Below, piece by piece: positions 11,476 to 22,399 of a stretch of 64,000 nucleotides of DNA (the first letter of the stretch is position 1; every line of letters begins with the position of its first letter). The notes below the pieces were generated by a model that saw nothing but the letters and a program-made list of their open reading frames with translations, had not been told where the DNA came from and did not search any database. Location: NCBI GenBank assembly GCA_963782915.1, contig CAWALK010000015.1, forward strand, positions 64,001 to 128,000. Direction: 5' to 3'. Origin of the DNA: an uncultured archaeon. GTDB taxonomy: Archaea; Thermoproteota; Bathyarchaeia; Bathyarchaeales; Bathycorpusculaceae. A program made the translations under genes and the position numbers.

Positions 11476-11529
11476 TATGGTATAATGAGCCAAACCGCAA
11501 ACGGCTACGGTATGGGACGCTGCCGCTAA
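11476..11529 (+). pseudogene. 3' remnant of a paralogue of the 21725-22102 secreted protein
   Basis: Encodes YGIMSQTANGYGMGRCR* versus WGMMSQTANGYGMGRCR*; differences mostly synonymous. Confidence 0.8.
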
Positions 11530-11672
11530 ACAACAGCCCTTTTTCCTTTTTTAATCAAGCGAACTCAAAAAATACCATTTAAATCTAAACCTCAAAATCC
11601 AAATACAGTATCTATTTTTTTTAGCGCCCTTTTAGTTGGTTTTCTACCTAAGGCTGGAAAATGATATTTTGG

Positions 11673-13197
11673 CTAAATATAATACTTGAATTTCGGGTTT
11701 ACCTTTTTAATTGTTGGATTAGAAACAAGAATCTCGCCTACTGCATTAGAGAATCCTATTGTTACTGGCGTTGAATCGCCGTATTTGCATTCGTTGAAGT
11801 TAAGTTTTGTTAGCCCTAAAATGTCAGTTGCCACTTGGTCGAGGTCGGAATCACCATATTGCAGGTCAATTCGTAGCGGTACAGGAATTTCCCATCCATC
11901 ATAAGTACCTAAGAAGGGTTTGAATCCAGTTGTCCATAGGTAACCTCTTTTATCACTAATCTTAAGAAATGTGCCCCGTAATACTGGCCATCTTCCTTCT
12001 CTATATAAACGGATCTGATCGGGTTCTTGCCTTATTTTGATGCAAACAACTTTTTTAGAAGGACATGCTGATCGAAAGCCTTGATATTCCTCAAAATTAA
12101 TTCCTGCTTTATAATGAAGAAAAACCTCATTCAATGGTTTCCCCTCAAGTTCTTGATAAGTCGTTAATACTTCGGTAAGTAAATCTTTGGCAGCTTGTTT
12201 CGATAAATGGAATTCACCGTCCTTTGGAGAAAACCAGGGCCCCATGTCTCCTCTTATTACGACACCGTCCCCGCTATCGAGAAACATCTGCGCAGCGCAA
12301 CAAGCATATTTATTGCCGAATGCTGGGTCAGTCCTATGGAAAACAACACCGACATAACACACACCATTTCTCGCTGTACTCAGACGCCAAGGCTTTCCAC
12401 CCGCCTTGTAGAACAACGTTGTGCAAATATTCCATGCTCTGTCTGACAAAGGGGTCTTGCCTATTTTGGCGATCAAGGGATCATCATCATTAGCCAGAGT
12501 CGATTCTAATACAATTTGTATTGGTGCTTCGATTTTCTCTTTTAAGGCTCTTGCTTTCAATTGGCGCCTAAAATCTACCGAATACTTATACATAGAAAGG
12601 TCCAAGGATGCGAGAAGTTCTGTTTGGCCAATCGCTCGGTTCTTTCGGTCACTCGAAGAAATTCTTTCGCCTACTCCGTCTTTTATGTAGCTTTTTGGTC
12701 GACAATTTTCATAGATAATATCAGGTACAACACAAACTATAGTATCAATTCTATCGTCGGTGTTCATTAGATGCCGTATTCCTTCAAGGTATTGGTTAAC
12801 TACCTCGTATGCTCGTTTATTAGGGTCTAAATCTGTAGAATCTGACACTAATTTTTCAGCATCAACTTGAAACTTTTGAGTTGGTTTACTCGGTAGGTGA
12901 GAATAAAATGTCGCTTGGAAACCAGGAAATGGCGGCCATAATTTGGGGCTGTCTATTCCTTTTTGGGAAATAATAACATTTTGAATTTTTTCAAAAAATC
13001 CTTCGGCCATTTCTATACCGTGAGGTGTCCCGACTAGACCGAATGAAATGTTTTTCGGGTGCCCATTTGTATCAGTATCATAGGGGCCAAAAATGGTTAA
13101 ACCTACTTTAGGATCTATTACCTTCTGCCCATATCTAAATTTCTAGATAGGGCTCGCCAAGAAAATTTAAGTTATATCGAATCGGGTTCTGTGCCAT
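11673..13197 (-). CDS. ago: Short prokaryotic Argonaute (MID-PIWI, SPARTA type), ~507 aa, +1 frameshift near 13140
   Basis: N-terminal EPYLEFRYGQKVIDPKVGLTIFGPYD restored by removing one A; FYKAGGKPWRL, CCAAQMFLDSGDG, GLTKLNFN, PVTIGF and terminal FKYYI match short pAgos. Confidence 0.92.
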
Positions 13198-14541
13198 CGC
13201 TTTCCGCCTCAGTCGGTTCATCAGTCAATATTATTTCTTCGTTTTCAGTGCACTCGGGGACCGTTAATTTTTTTTCGTCAATACCAAAATTGCTATCAAA
13301 GGTCATTGGATTCATCGGTATCTTAAAATTACCTGAGTCACTTTGAGCGATTATTACCTCTTCTTTTCCATCACTTAACCACTGTGAAAGTGCCAATATT
13401 CTAGATAGCCATTGGTAATTCCACCAAGTCTTACACAAAGCTTTCCTGTGTGAATTTGCACGTCTTGGCTCGATAGCGTTCCCTTCTAAATCAGTCCAGT
13501 AAACGCTAATCCTTAATCTTACAACTGGTTCCCCTAACATATTAAGGAAAAATCTAAAATCAGGCGATAAGTGGTATCTCGCATACTCTGTAATTTCCAC
13601 ACCTTGTTGAAACGATTTGAACTTCTTACTGCCAACTACTAGCACATGCACTTTTTTGTTATCAAACCTAGTTAAAAACAACTTATCGTTAGGCACTAAA
13701 CTTTTTGGGAAATATATAGGACCATCGTTATCCCGCTTTAATCCCTTCCTTTTACAGAATTGATAGAAGCATTCCCCTAAAAGTTGCGATAGCGTATTCA
13801 TCATTGGTTGATTGTAATCGCCAATTATTCTTTGTACCTCAAACTCTTGGTTCATCCTTAATCCGTTATTGCCAGTTGTTTGAGGCTCGCCAAAGGCCCA
13901 AATAAATTCATCATTTATTTTTAGAAACGCCCAATTTCGATCTATATTTTCCAGGCTGATCTCTGGTGTAATTTTATATTTCCTTAAGTATTTAGGCAAC
14001 TTCTAGAACGGGAATTATGTTTGACCAAATTTTTTCCTTTCGGGTTTCAGGTTGCTCATCAGATTTTAGTAAAGTGCCTATGTTTTGATGAGCACTATCT
14101 AGCTCTCTTGGCGCTTTTATTTCGTTCAATTTATTCAAAAGAGCACAAAAACCCCCAAACCAACTTCTGTTAAATGAAATATAGGATAAATCTGACAATG
14201 AAAAATCAAGTTCTGAGGGTTTTAGCCCATCGAGGTTAATTGGAATTAGAAAGTCTGGGCTTTTCTTGCTCTTTCCAACATTTAATGCCTAGTGTGCGCT
14301 CTTTTCTTGGATTCTCCTTGTTGATAGAATTGTGCGATAAAATAGCAATTAATCTAAATGTTTTATTTTGAATGGCTTCTGTTATATCGTGCGGATAAGA
14401 TTCACCGCCTAACAATTTCAGGCGATCGTACCATACCTTAAATCCTTCGGATGCCAGCTTTAGTGCAAGCCAATCAGCGAAACAACCATCCTCTATAGCA
14501 TAACTAATAAAAAGATGCTCTGGAGGATTTGCGGTCGCCAT
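13172..14541 (-). CDS. TIR-APAZ effector, ~455 aa, frameshifts near 14285 and 14000
   Basis: TIR: LFISYA, FADWLALKL, KVWYD and KE with catalytic Glu; APAZ: VVGSKK, YHLSP and KALCKTWWNYQWLSRILA; stop overlaps the pAgo start by 26 bp. Confidence 0.88.
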
Positions 14542-14571
14542 GTGAGATCATGGTAAGTAATGCTAATTTGC

Positions 14572-14580
14572 TTATATTAA
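14572..14580 (-). promoter_or_regulatory. Candidate archaeal TATA box for the TIR-APAZ/pAgo operon
   Basis: TTAATATAA on the minus strand, 31-39 nt upstream of ATG 14541. Confidence 0.4.
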
Positions 14581-14893
14581 CTAACGCCTGATGACAAAAA
14601 CACAATAATTTAGTTACTAACATATGCGCTACCAGATTCAATTATGTTAGTTTTGTTGTGTTTTTTGTTTGTTGGGATCTTTATAGGTGGCGGGTGGCTG
14701 CTGGGTTGAGCGGTTTAGTTTTTGTTTTGGAGGGTGTTGTGGGTTTGTTTGTTGTTTTGGTTTTATGGGCTACTATGTTGTGCCTTCTGTGGTACAAGAC
14801 GGCTTATCTGTTGGCGGCTGCTTTTGGCTGGGGTGACGGGCTAAGGAATTGAATGGGCCATGCTAGTGCCCGAATTGCATTTTGCTATTCATT

Positions 14894-14960
14894 GTTTGCA
14901 AAGTTATTCACTAATTCAGTCTATAAATAAGGGAGGGGGTAGGTCCTCTGAGGTAGGTAG
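14894..14960 (-). repeat. Intergenic repeat family, copy 1
   Basis: Reverse complement matches 18812-18838 at 26/27 nt and resembles 18721-18754. Confidence 0.75.
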
Positions 14961-14992
14961 GTCCTGTCTTTTTACCTAACCGAAGTTTTGGG

Positions 14993-15565
14993 CTAATAGT
15001 TTTCTGTCCAAACTTCAAAGTATGCTTGCGGATGGTTGCATGTTGGGCAACTGTCGGGTGCGTTGGGTCCTTCGAGGACCATGCCGCAGTTTCTGCATCT
15101 CCACTTGACTGGTGCATCTTTCTTGAACACTTTACCGGCCTGAACGTTTTCTAATAGTTTGTTGTATCGGCGTTCATGGTAAACTTCTACGCCTGCAACC
15201 ATGGTGAAGGTTTTTGCAACATCCATAAAACCCTCTCTTTTGCGGTTTCAGCAAAGTTCGGGTAAAGTGTGCCCCACTCGAGTTTTTCGCCTTCCGCGGC
15301 ACCCTTCAAATTAGTCTGCTGTTGAGGCAATGATGCCTGCTGGGTACGAAGCGGTGAATTCTACCATGCCGCCTTTGAGGTGCTTAAAGAAGAATTCGGC
15401 ATGTTCTTTCTCGTTGGCTGCTGTTTCCTCGAAGATTGCGCCGATTTGTTCATAACCTTCTTTTTTGGCTACGCTGGCAAAGAAGGTATATCGGTTTCGT
15501 GCTTGGGATTCACCTGCGAACGCTGCAAGCAGGTTCTTTTCGGTTTGGCTTCCACTAAAATTCAT
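14993..15565 (-). CDS. rbr: Rubrerythrin (~190 aa), two compensating frameshifts near 15312 and 15238
   Basis: AFAGESQARNRY, NEKEHA, EVYHERRY and the CRNCG...CPTCNHP rubredoxin domain. Confidence 0.93.
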
Positions 15566-15987
15566 ACTATTGGACTCCTTACCATTGATTTGAATAAACA
15601 AAAATAAAAGCATATCCAAAACCCCAAAACCATGTTAAAGGCTTTTATTTTCCACTTTCTATGATGTGTTTGCCGAATGATGAGAAGGCATTAAGTTGAC
15701 ATAATTGATTGGATGAAAATTCAGAGTTACTCAGACGGCAAAGGGTGAGTAACCTTATACGGTGTGGTAACCGTGTAGGGTTATTCACCTGACTATCCAA
15801 TCAAAAACAGTAAACCCCGATTATTCTTCGTTTGCACAAAGCGCTATCCCCCAACCGAAAAACAAAACACCGCTAACCAGCCAGCCCACTTCACCCAACA
15901 ACGCCTCCAACATTAACATGCCAGCGATAGTAATTTTTAAAAGGACTACACACGTATTGATTAACTCTGTTTAGAGGAAGAGAAAGG

Positions 15988-17616
15988 TTGGAAACAGTAA
16001 CCGGCAAAAAAATAGTGCTCACAGCATCAGCCACTGAAATGAGCGATTTCCTAAATAACCCATTCATAGCGTTCGCGGGAGGCTTCGGAAAAGGCCCATT
16101 CCCACTCTCATACGTAAGAAAAACACTCTACCCCGGCTGCGGCAAAAAACCGGACGGACAAGCAGCATACGCACCCTACGGACTGCGCAAAGTAGAAGCC
16201 ATACTTCTGCAAGGCGGCTTCTCAGCAGACGACATCGCAGTAGCCAACCCAGAAGACCTCGACTTATTCATCGGACCAAACACCAAAGTCGTCGGAATCT
16301 CCTCCATGGACCCCACCGGCATGGGATACGTCAGCAAAACCTACAGCAGCATCGTTGGCGGCGGCGAACCCATGAACCGCATAGAATTCCGAAAACTCAT
16401 AGAGCACCCCGCCATCAAAAAATATAAACCAAAAATCATCGTCGGCGGATACGGCTCTTGGCAACTTGAACGCCAACACGTCTCACAAAGCTACGGCATA
16501 GACTGCGTACTTATGGGCGGCAGACCGGGACCAATCATTGAACTCTTCAAAAAAGCCGTCAACGGCGAAGCGATTCCACGCATAGCCAAAGCAGACGAAT
16601 CACTGGATAACTGGAACTACAACCAAGAAATGCCCCTTACAACAAACGTGGCAATTCACGGCGCAGTAGAAATCAGCAAGGGCTGCGGTCGAAACTGCCA
16701 ATTCTGCACACCCACCATGCAGCACAAAATCGATGTGCCATTGGAAAGAATCATGAACGAAGTAGCCTTAAGTACTGCTCAGGGCAGCGATCACATTACC
16801 TTAATCACCGAAGACCTCTTCTTGTACGGCGCAAAAGATGCCCGATTCATTCCTAACCGAGAAGCAGTCGTTAACCTTTGCAAAAGCGTCGCAGATTACC
16901 CCGGCGTTAAAAGCATACAAGCCGCACACATGTCCTTGGCGCCAGTTTACCATGACCCCCAAATGATTCAACAACTCGCAGAAATTTTAATCGAAAAATC
17001 CTGGTACAGCTTCGGCAAAAAACCCATAATCACCGCCGAAACAGGCATCGAAACCGGCAGCCCACGCCTCATGAAAAAATATATGGCCGGCAAAATGTTA
17101 CCCTTCAAGCCGGAACAGTGGCAAGATGTGGTCACCAACGCTTTTGGTATCCTAAACGATAATGACTGGTACCCATTGGCAACCTTGATTATCGGTTTGC
17201 CGGATGAGAAAGAAGAAGACATGCTCCAAACCTTAGAGTTAATGGATAAACTCAAAGGTTACAACGCGTTTTATGTGCCGCTCTTCTTTGTGCCACTCGA
17301 AAACTGCGTACTCATGAACAAGAAAGGCGCAGAAATGGATTCCCTCTCAAAAGCACGCTGGGACTTCTTCATCAAATGCTGGGAATACAACATCAAAATC
17401 TGGAAACCCACATTCCTAGAAAACCGCTTACCGAACCCGGTGGCGTACAAGGCATTCGACAAAGTCGTTATCCCCTACATCGGCAAAATCTTAGGCGCAT
17501 ACTACAGCTTAACACGCGGCGATAGCAGCCAACAATTCAAGCAGGCTGTTTACCAATTAAGTATGCCGATGCCTGATAATGGTCGAAAAGTAAAAGGAAA
17601 AGAAAGTAAGGTTTAG
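15988..17616 (+). CDS. Radical SAM protein with a B12-binding-like N-terminal region
   Basis: KGCGRNCQFC CxxxCxxC motif; APYGLRKVEA; GIETGS; LIIGLPDE. Confidence 0.88.
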   Translation: METVTGKKIVLTASATEMSDFLNNPFIAFAGGFGKGPFPLSYVRKTLYPGCGKKPDGQAAYAPYGLRKVEAILLQGGFSADDIAVANPEDLDLFIGPNTKVVGISSMDPTGMGYVSKTYSSIVGGGEPMNRIEFRKLIEHPAIKKYKPKIIVGGYGSWQLERQHVSQSYGIDCVLMGGRPGPIIELFKKAVNGEAIPRIAKADESLDNWNYNQEMPLTTNVAIHGAVEISKGCGRNCQFCTPTMQHKIDVPLERIMNEVALSTAQGSDHITLITEDLFLYGAKDARFIPNREAVVNLCKSVADYPGVKSIQAAHMSLAPVYHDPQMIQQLAEILIEKSWYSFGKKPIITAETGIETGSPRLMKKYMAGKMLPFKPEQWQDVVTNAFGILNDNDWYPLATLIIGLPDEKEEDMLQTLELMDKLKGYNAFYVPLFFVPLENCVLMNKKGAEMDSLSKARWDFFIKCWEYNIKIWKPTFLENRLPNPVAYKAFDKVVIPYIGKILGAYYSLTRGDSSQQFKQAVYQLSMPMPDNGRKVKGKESKV

Positions 17617-18494
17617 GCAGTTTCTTGTTCTGCCATTTCTTCTTCTAATTGTTCTTCTTGTTGTTCTAAAACCATGTTTTCTGCCGCTGCTTCCGGTGTT
17701 GCTTGGGGTGTTCGGTGGTGGTTTATGATTTTTCTTGCGTGGGTTATGTAGCCTGTGTGCCCTGTCATCATGGTGTTGGGTCTGGTTTTGCCGCGTTCAA
17801 CTTGCATGCTGCGCATTAGGCATTCGATGGTTTCTATGAATACGAAGCCTTGGTCGCGTAGTGCTTCGGTTGTGCGCACGACTTGGTCGATGGTTGGGCT
17901 AAAGGAGACGAGTATGCCTGAGGGTTTGAGTGCTTCGTAAGCGTGTGGCACTACTAGCCACGGAACCGCAAGGTCCAAAATCACTGCGTCTAAGTCGCGT
18001 TCGGCGATGCCCATGGTTACGTCGCCGCTTTTCATCTCAACGTTGTCGATGAGTTTGGAGCGTGCCAAGTTTTTGGCGGCGTTTTTCTGGAATTCCGGGC
18101 GTAACTCGTAAGTGTAAACTTTGCCTGTTGGCCCAACATAATGCGCTAACGCTGAGGTTAATGCGCCTGTGCCTGTGCCTGATTCGAATACGCGGCTTCC
18201 GGGGCCGATACCGCTAAACATAACGATTAAAGCGGCGTCTTTGGGGTAAACGATTTGTGTGTTGCGTCCCGACTTCATCATGTAATCGGTTAACGACGGT
18301 TTGAGTGTGGCGAATGTTACGCCTAAGCTGCTTTTGATTGGTTCACCGTATTCTTTGCCGATTAAATCATCCAGTTTCAGGAAGCCTTTGTGGGTATGGA
18401 AGCTTTGTCCCGACTGCACCTTAATCATGTATGTTCTGCGGGCGTCCAGGTAAATTAGCACCATGTCCCCGTCAGCGATTAACTCGTTAGTCAA
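17613..18494 (-). CDS. trmI: tRNA (adenine-N1)-methyltransferase TrmI
   Basis: TQIVYPKD, ESGTGTGALT, LDLAVPW, FSPTIDQV and GHTGYI. Confidence 0.93.
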   Translation of the reverse strand: MTNELIADGDMVLIYLDARRTYMIKVQSGQSFHTHKGFLKLDDLIGKEYGEPIKSSLGVTFATLKPSLTDYMMKSGRNTQIVYPKDAALIVMFSGIGPGSRVFESGTGTGALTSALAHYVGPTGKVYTYELRPEFQKNAAKNLARSKLIDNVEMKSGDVTMGIAERDLDAVILDLAVPWLVVPHAYEALKPSGILVSFSPTIDQVVRTTEALRDQGFVFIETIECLMRSMQVERGKTRPNTMMTGHTGYITHARKIINHHRTPQATPEAAAENMVLEQQEEQLEEEMAEQETA

Positions 18495-18629
18495 ATAGTG
18501 TTCCTCGAAAAGTGAAAATGATGCGGTGCCATTTAAGCTTTGAAGCCCTTACGACGCATTTTTCTATATTGCGTTCGGTCGGAGCGGCGTTGTTTTTTCT
18601 TTGTTAATTGTTGCTGTGGGCTCCTTTTA

Positions 18630-18838
18630 TTTCAACAACAACCAACAGGCTTGGATGTGCAAATGTTTGGCGTCTGCGTTTGAGTTGGTTTGGTTCAGCT
18701 TTGCCGTATACGTTTAGGGACCCACCTCAGAATTACCTACCCCTCCCTTATTTAAAGAATAAATAGACAACTTCAACTGCTCTGCCAGCTACCTCCCCTC
18801 CCTCTATATACACTGAATTAGTGAATTACTTTGCAAAC
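18630..18838 (+). repeat. Intergenic repeat family, copy 2
   Basis: caacaacaaccaacaggcttgg (as at ~42620), cccctcccttattta, cccctccctctatata and actgaattagtgaattactttgcaaac blocks. Confidence 0.7.
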
Positions 18839-18994
18839 GCCCGCATTTTCTTCAAATTAAGATTTTTAAATATAACTGATTATTTAGCGTGCATAAACCC
18901 CGACAGTGCTCGATTGAGTGCGGTTTGTCGTCAGAGCCTCCTTTCCATTCCATTATATAAACGAAAAAATCAAATATCGAATTAGAGGAGCATT

Positions 18995-21502
18995 ATGAAA
19001 AAGAAAAATATAGAGTTAATTTTATTTACGGTATTTCTAATCGCAACAATCGCTATCCCACTTTCCATACCCGAAGCTAACTCTGCACCTATACATCATA
19101 AAGCCACTCACGCATACATCGGAGCCACTCCAAACCCAATCGGTGTAGGACAAGAAACACTCATTCACCTCGGCATCACTGACGAATTAGAACTCGTCCA
19201 GTATGGCTGGAAAGGACTAACAGTAACAGTCACAAAACCCGACAACACAACCTCAACACTTGGTCCATTTAATACTGACTCCACAGGCGGAACAGGCACA
19301 GTCTACGTTCCGGAAACAGTCGGCACCTACTATTTCCAAACAAACTTCCCCGCACAATGGTTCAACTGGTCTAGGAACACAAACGGCGGCGCAGACATCT
19401 ACTACGAAGCAAGCCAAAGTGAAAAACTCGCATTAGAAGTTGACCAAACACCAAGACAATACTATCCATCACAACCCTTACCCTCAGAATGGTGGACACG
19501 ACCAATCGACGACCAACTCAGAGACTGGTACACAATAGCTGGTAACTGGCTAGCACCAACACGCAACGAAGGTCCATTCATTCCAGAAAATGCAAATGCA
19601 GCCGAAACTGCACACATTCTATGGGCAAAACCACAAACCTTAGGCGGTATAGTTGGCGGACAATACGGGCTTGAAGAATTCGAAAACGGTGACGCATACG
19701 AAGGACTATGGGGATACGGTTCTCCAGTAATCATCGGTGGAATAGTATACTATAACAACGACAAAGACGCTGCCCCAGTGAAAACAGTCTCAGCAGTAGA
19801 CCAACGCACCGGCGAAGAACTATGGAACAGAGCACTAATCGGACCAGACAACGTCAGCAGATCACTACAATTCGGTCAAATACTAACTTGGAACTCATAC
19901 AACTACCAAGGAGCATTCTCGTACCTATGGACAACCAGTGGAAGCACATGGAACGCATTCGACCCCTTCACAGGCGAATGGGAATATAGCATGACTAATG
20001 TTCCCTCCGGCACACAACTAAGAGGACCAAACGGCGAAATACTCATCTACACTTTAGACAGCGCAAATGGTTGGATGACCCTTTGGAACTCAACCAGAAT
20101 TGTGAGCACCGATGGTAGTTTCCTACGCAACGGACAAGGTACAACTTTCAAGGCATTATGGAGTTCCCCACGCAATGGAGGCTATGAATGGAACGTAACC
20201 GCACCTAAAGGCCTACCCGGTGCAGTCAACTTTGCATTCTTCGACGACATGGTAGTCGGCGCAAACATGGAAGCACGCACAGCAGCAGCAAACATCCTAG
20301 GCAAAACCGGCAGTCCAGTAGCACTCTGGGCAGTCAACACCAAAACAGCACAAGCCGGACAACTAATCTACAACAAAACATGGCAACCACCCGCAGGCAA
20401 CCTATCATTGGTATTCGAAAGAGCAAGCGTAGCAGACAACGTATTCACAATATGGAGCAAAGAACTACGTGGACGCTTCGGCTTCAACATGGACACAGGC
20501 GAACAAATCTGGGGACCAACCGAACCAGAATACTACCTACAAACATTTGGCCTACAAAGCAACATTGCATACGGTAAACTTTACTCGACAGGATACGGTG
20601 GAGAAGTACATGCATACGACCTAAAAACAGGTAATGTCGTTTGGAACTACACAGTCACAGAACCCTACGGTGGTTCAGAAGTTCTATGGAGTAACAACTG
20701 GCCAATGGCACTGATGTTCATCACAGACGGCAAAGTCTACTTAGCACAAGCAGAACACTCAGCTAACCAACCATTACCAAGAGACGGACCATTCATGGCA
20801 CTCGACGCAGAAAATGGCACAGTTGTTTTCAGAATTGATGGTGCATTCCGTCAACCACGTTGGGCAGGGCAAGCAGCAATCGCAGATGGCATAATTACTC
20901 TCTTTAACACATACGACAACCAAATCTACTCAATCGGCAAAGGACCAAGCCAAACAACCATCTCAGCCTCACCGAAAACAACAGTATTTGGCGACAGCAT
21001 CCTAATCGAGGGTACAGTCACAGACATTGCAGCAGGTACAAAAGACGACCGAGTAACAGCAAGATTCCCCAACGGTGTAGCAGCAGTCTCAGACGATAGC
21101 ATGAACGACTGGATGAAATACGTCTACATGCAATTCCAAAGACCCACAAACGCTACCGGTGTACCAGTCACTCTAATAGTGATAGATGCAAACGGAAACT
21201 ACGGAACAATAGGCACCACCACAAGCGATTCTAACGGAGCATTTAGCTACCTATGGACACCTGAAATACCTGGCAAGCACACAGTTATCGCAAGTTTCGC
21301 AGGCACAAACTCATACTATGGCTCAACAGCCCAAACCGCCGTGGGCATAACTGAAGTAACAACGCAACCACAAACAACATCTTCAGCTGATACCTCAACA
21401 TCATTTGTTGAAGCATACTTTGTCCCCGCAGTAATTGCGATAATTGTAGCAATAGCTATTGTGGGCATTGTTTTGCTGATGGCAATAAAAAAGAAAGCAT
21501 AA
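18995..21502 (+). CDS. Secreted, membrane-anchored PQQ-like beta-propeller protein
   Basis: Signal peptide; AVDQRTGEELW and AYDLKTGNVVW blades; Ig-like domain; C-terminal TM plus KKKA. Confidence 0.85.
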   Translation: MKKKNIELILFTVFLIATIAIPLSIPEANSAPIHHKATHAYIGATPNPIGVGQETLIHLGITDELELVQYGWKGLTVTVTKPDNTTSTLGPFNTDSTGGTGTVYVPETVGTYYFQTNFPAQWFNWSRNTNGGADIYYEASQSEKLALEVDQTPRQYYPSQPLPSEWWTRPIDDQLRDWYTIAGNWLAPTRNEGPFIPENANAAETAHILWAKPQTLGGIVGGQYGLEEFENGDAYEGLWGYGSPVIIGGIVYYNNDKDAAPVKTVSAVDQRTGEELWNRALIGPDNVSRSLQFGQILTWNSYNYQGAFSYLWTTSGSTWNAFDPFTGEWEYSMTNVPSGTQLRGPNGEILIYTLDSANGWMTLWNSTRIVSTDGSFLRNGQGTTFKALWSSPRNGGYEWNVTAPKGLPGAVNFAFFDDMVVGANMEARTAAANILGKTGSPVALWAVNTKTAQAGQLIYNKTWQPPAGNLSLVFERASVADNVFTIWSKELRGRFGFNMDTGEQIWGPTEPEYYLQTFGLQSNIAYGKLYSTGYGGEVHAYDLKTGNVVWNYTVTEPYGGSEVLWSNNWPMALMFITDGKVYLAQAEHSANQPLPRDGPFMALDAENGTVVFRIDGAFRQPRWAGQAAIADGIITLFNTYDNQIYSIGKGPSQTTISASPKTTVFGDSILIEGTVTDIAAGTKDDRVTARFPNGVAAVSDDSMNDWMKYVYMQFQRPTNATGVPVTLIVIDANGNYGTIGTTTSDSNGAFSYLWTPEIPGKHTVIASFAGTNSYYGSTAQTAVGITEVTTQPQTTSSADTSTSFVEAYFVPAVIAIIVAIAIVGIVLLMAIKKKA

Positions 21503-21724
21503 GTGAAAAATCAGGGAAGTATTTTCCCTCCCTTTTTTAGTCTGAATTTGGGGTTTAAGCTGGGGCTGAGAAGGCTTCTGGTTGGGAATTTATCGATGTT
21601 TGCAATCATTGTGGATTTCTGGTTTGTATTTTTTTCTTCTCCTAAACTATGGATAAAGTTGCTACAGAAGCCTCAGCAAACCCGACTTCGTCTCAATCCA
21701 ACTTATAAAAGAGACAAGTATCGT

Positions 21725-22102
21725 TTAGCGGCATCGTCCCATTCCGTAGCCATTTGCGGTTTGGCTCATCATGCCCCAGCCGTATTGGTTCTGGTTTTGT
21801 GCGTTGGCTCCGTAGCCGTATCCGTTGCAGCCGCCGTTTTGGCAGTAGCCACCCTCGTAGCCGTTGCCATTGTAGCAGTAACCTGCGTATGTACCGTTGT
21901 TGATGCAGTATGGTTGGCCGGTTGTGGCGTTGATGCAGTAAGGCGGAACTACACCGGTGCTGTTAGCGCATAGGGGTACCGTTTGGGTTAGGGTTGGGTT
22001 GGTTGTGTTTTGGGCGCCGACGTACTGGGCTGCCGACACGCCTACTAGTGCCGCCGCAACCAGGGCGACGGCAATTATTGCTAAGATTAATTTTGTTTTC
22101 AT
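21725..22102 (-). CDS. Small secreted Gly/Tyr/Asn/Cys-rich protein
   Basis: Signal peptide MKTKLILAIIAVALVAAALVGVSAA; repeated (P/G)YCxN units. Confidence 0.75.
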   Translation of the reverse strand: MKTKLILAIIAVALVAAALVGVSAAQYVGAQNTTNPTLTQTVPLCANSTGVVPPYCINATTGQPYCINNGTYAGYCYNGNGYEGGYCQNGGCNGYGYGANAQNQNQYGWGMMSQTANGYGMGRCR

Positions 22103-22399
22103 TTTGTTTTGCCTCAACTTACACATTGGGCTTCGGGCGGTTTGGATGTTGACTGAAACAGAAATGAAACAGTCCAATGAAACACTTTGAGCGATTACAG
22201 CGATAACTTAAATGAAGTGGCTGAGCGATGGGATGGTAACCATGTGACCTCTCGGCAGCTATCTTGTAGTGAAGGGTATTTCGGTATTAGTTTTATTGAA
22301 TGTTGCTATAAAATTAAGTGATAGGTCTTTTTCTATTAAATAAAAAATTTTAAGTAGGCGGTGTTCAATTGTTTGTGGTACAATTTAGGAGAAGAAAAA

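Noticed and set aside
14658-14852. Hydrophobic 64-aa ORF as a membrane effector of the pAgo system
   Set aside because: Opposite strand and arises from G/T-rich low-complexity repeat sequence
15988-17616. Radical SAM enzyme as a maturase for the Cys-rich peptide at 21725
   Set aside because: No SPASM or RRE features seen, 4 kb away, and the peptide has a secretion signal
14894-18838. Composite transposon carrying rbr, radical SAM and trmI
   Set aside because: No transposase or target duplication seen, housekeeping cargo, and related repeat blocks occur elsewhere
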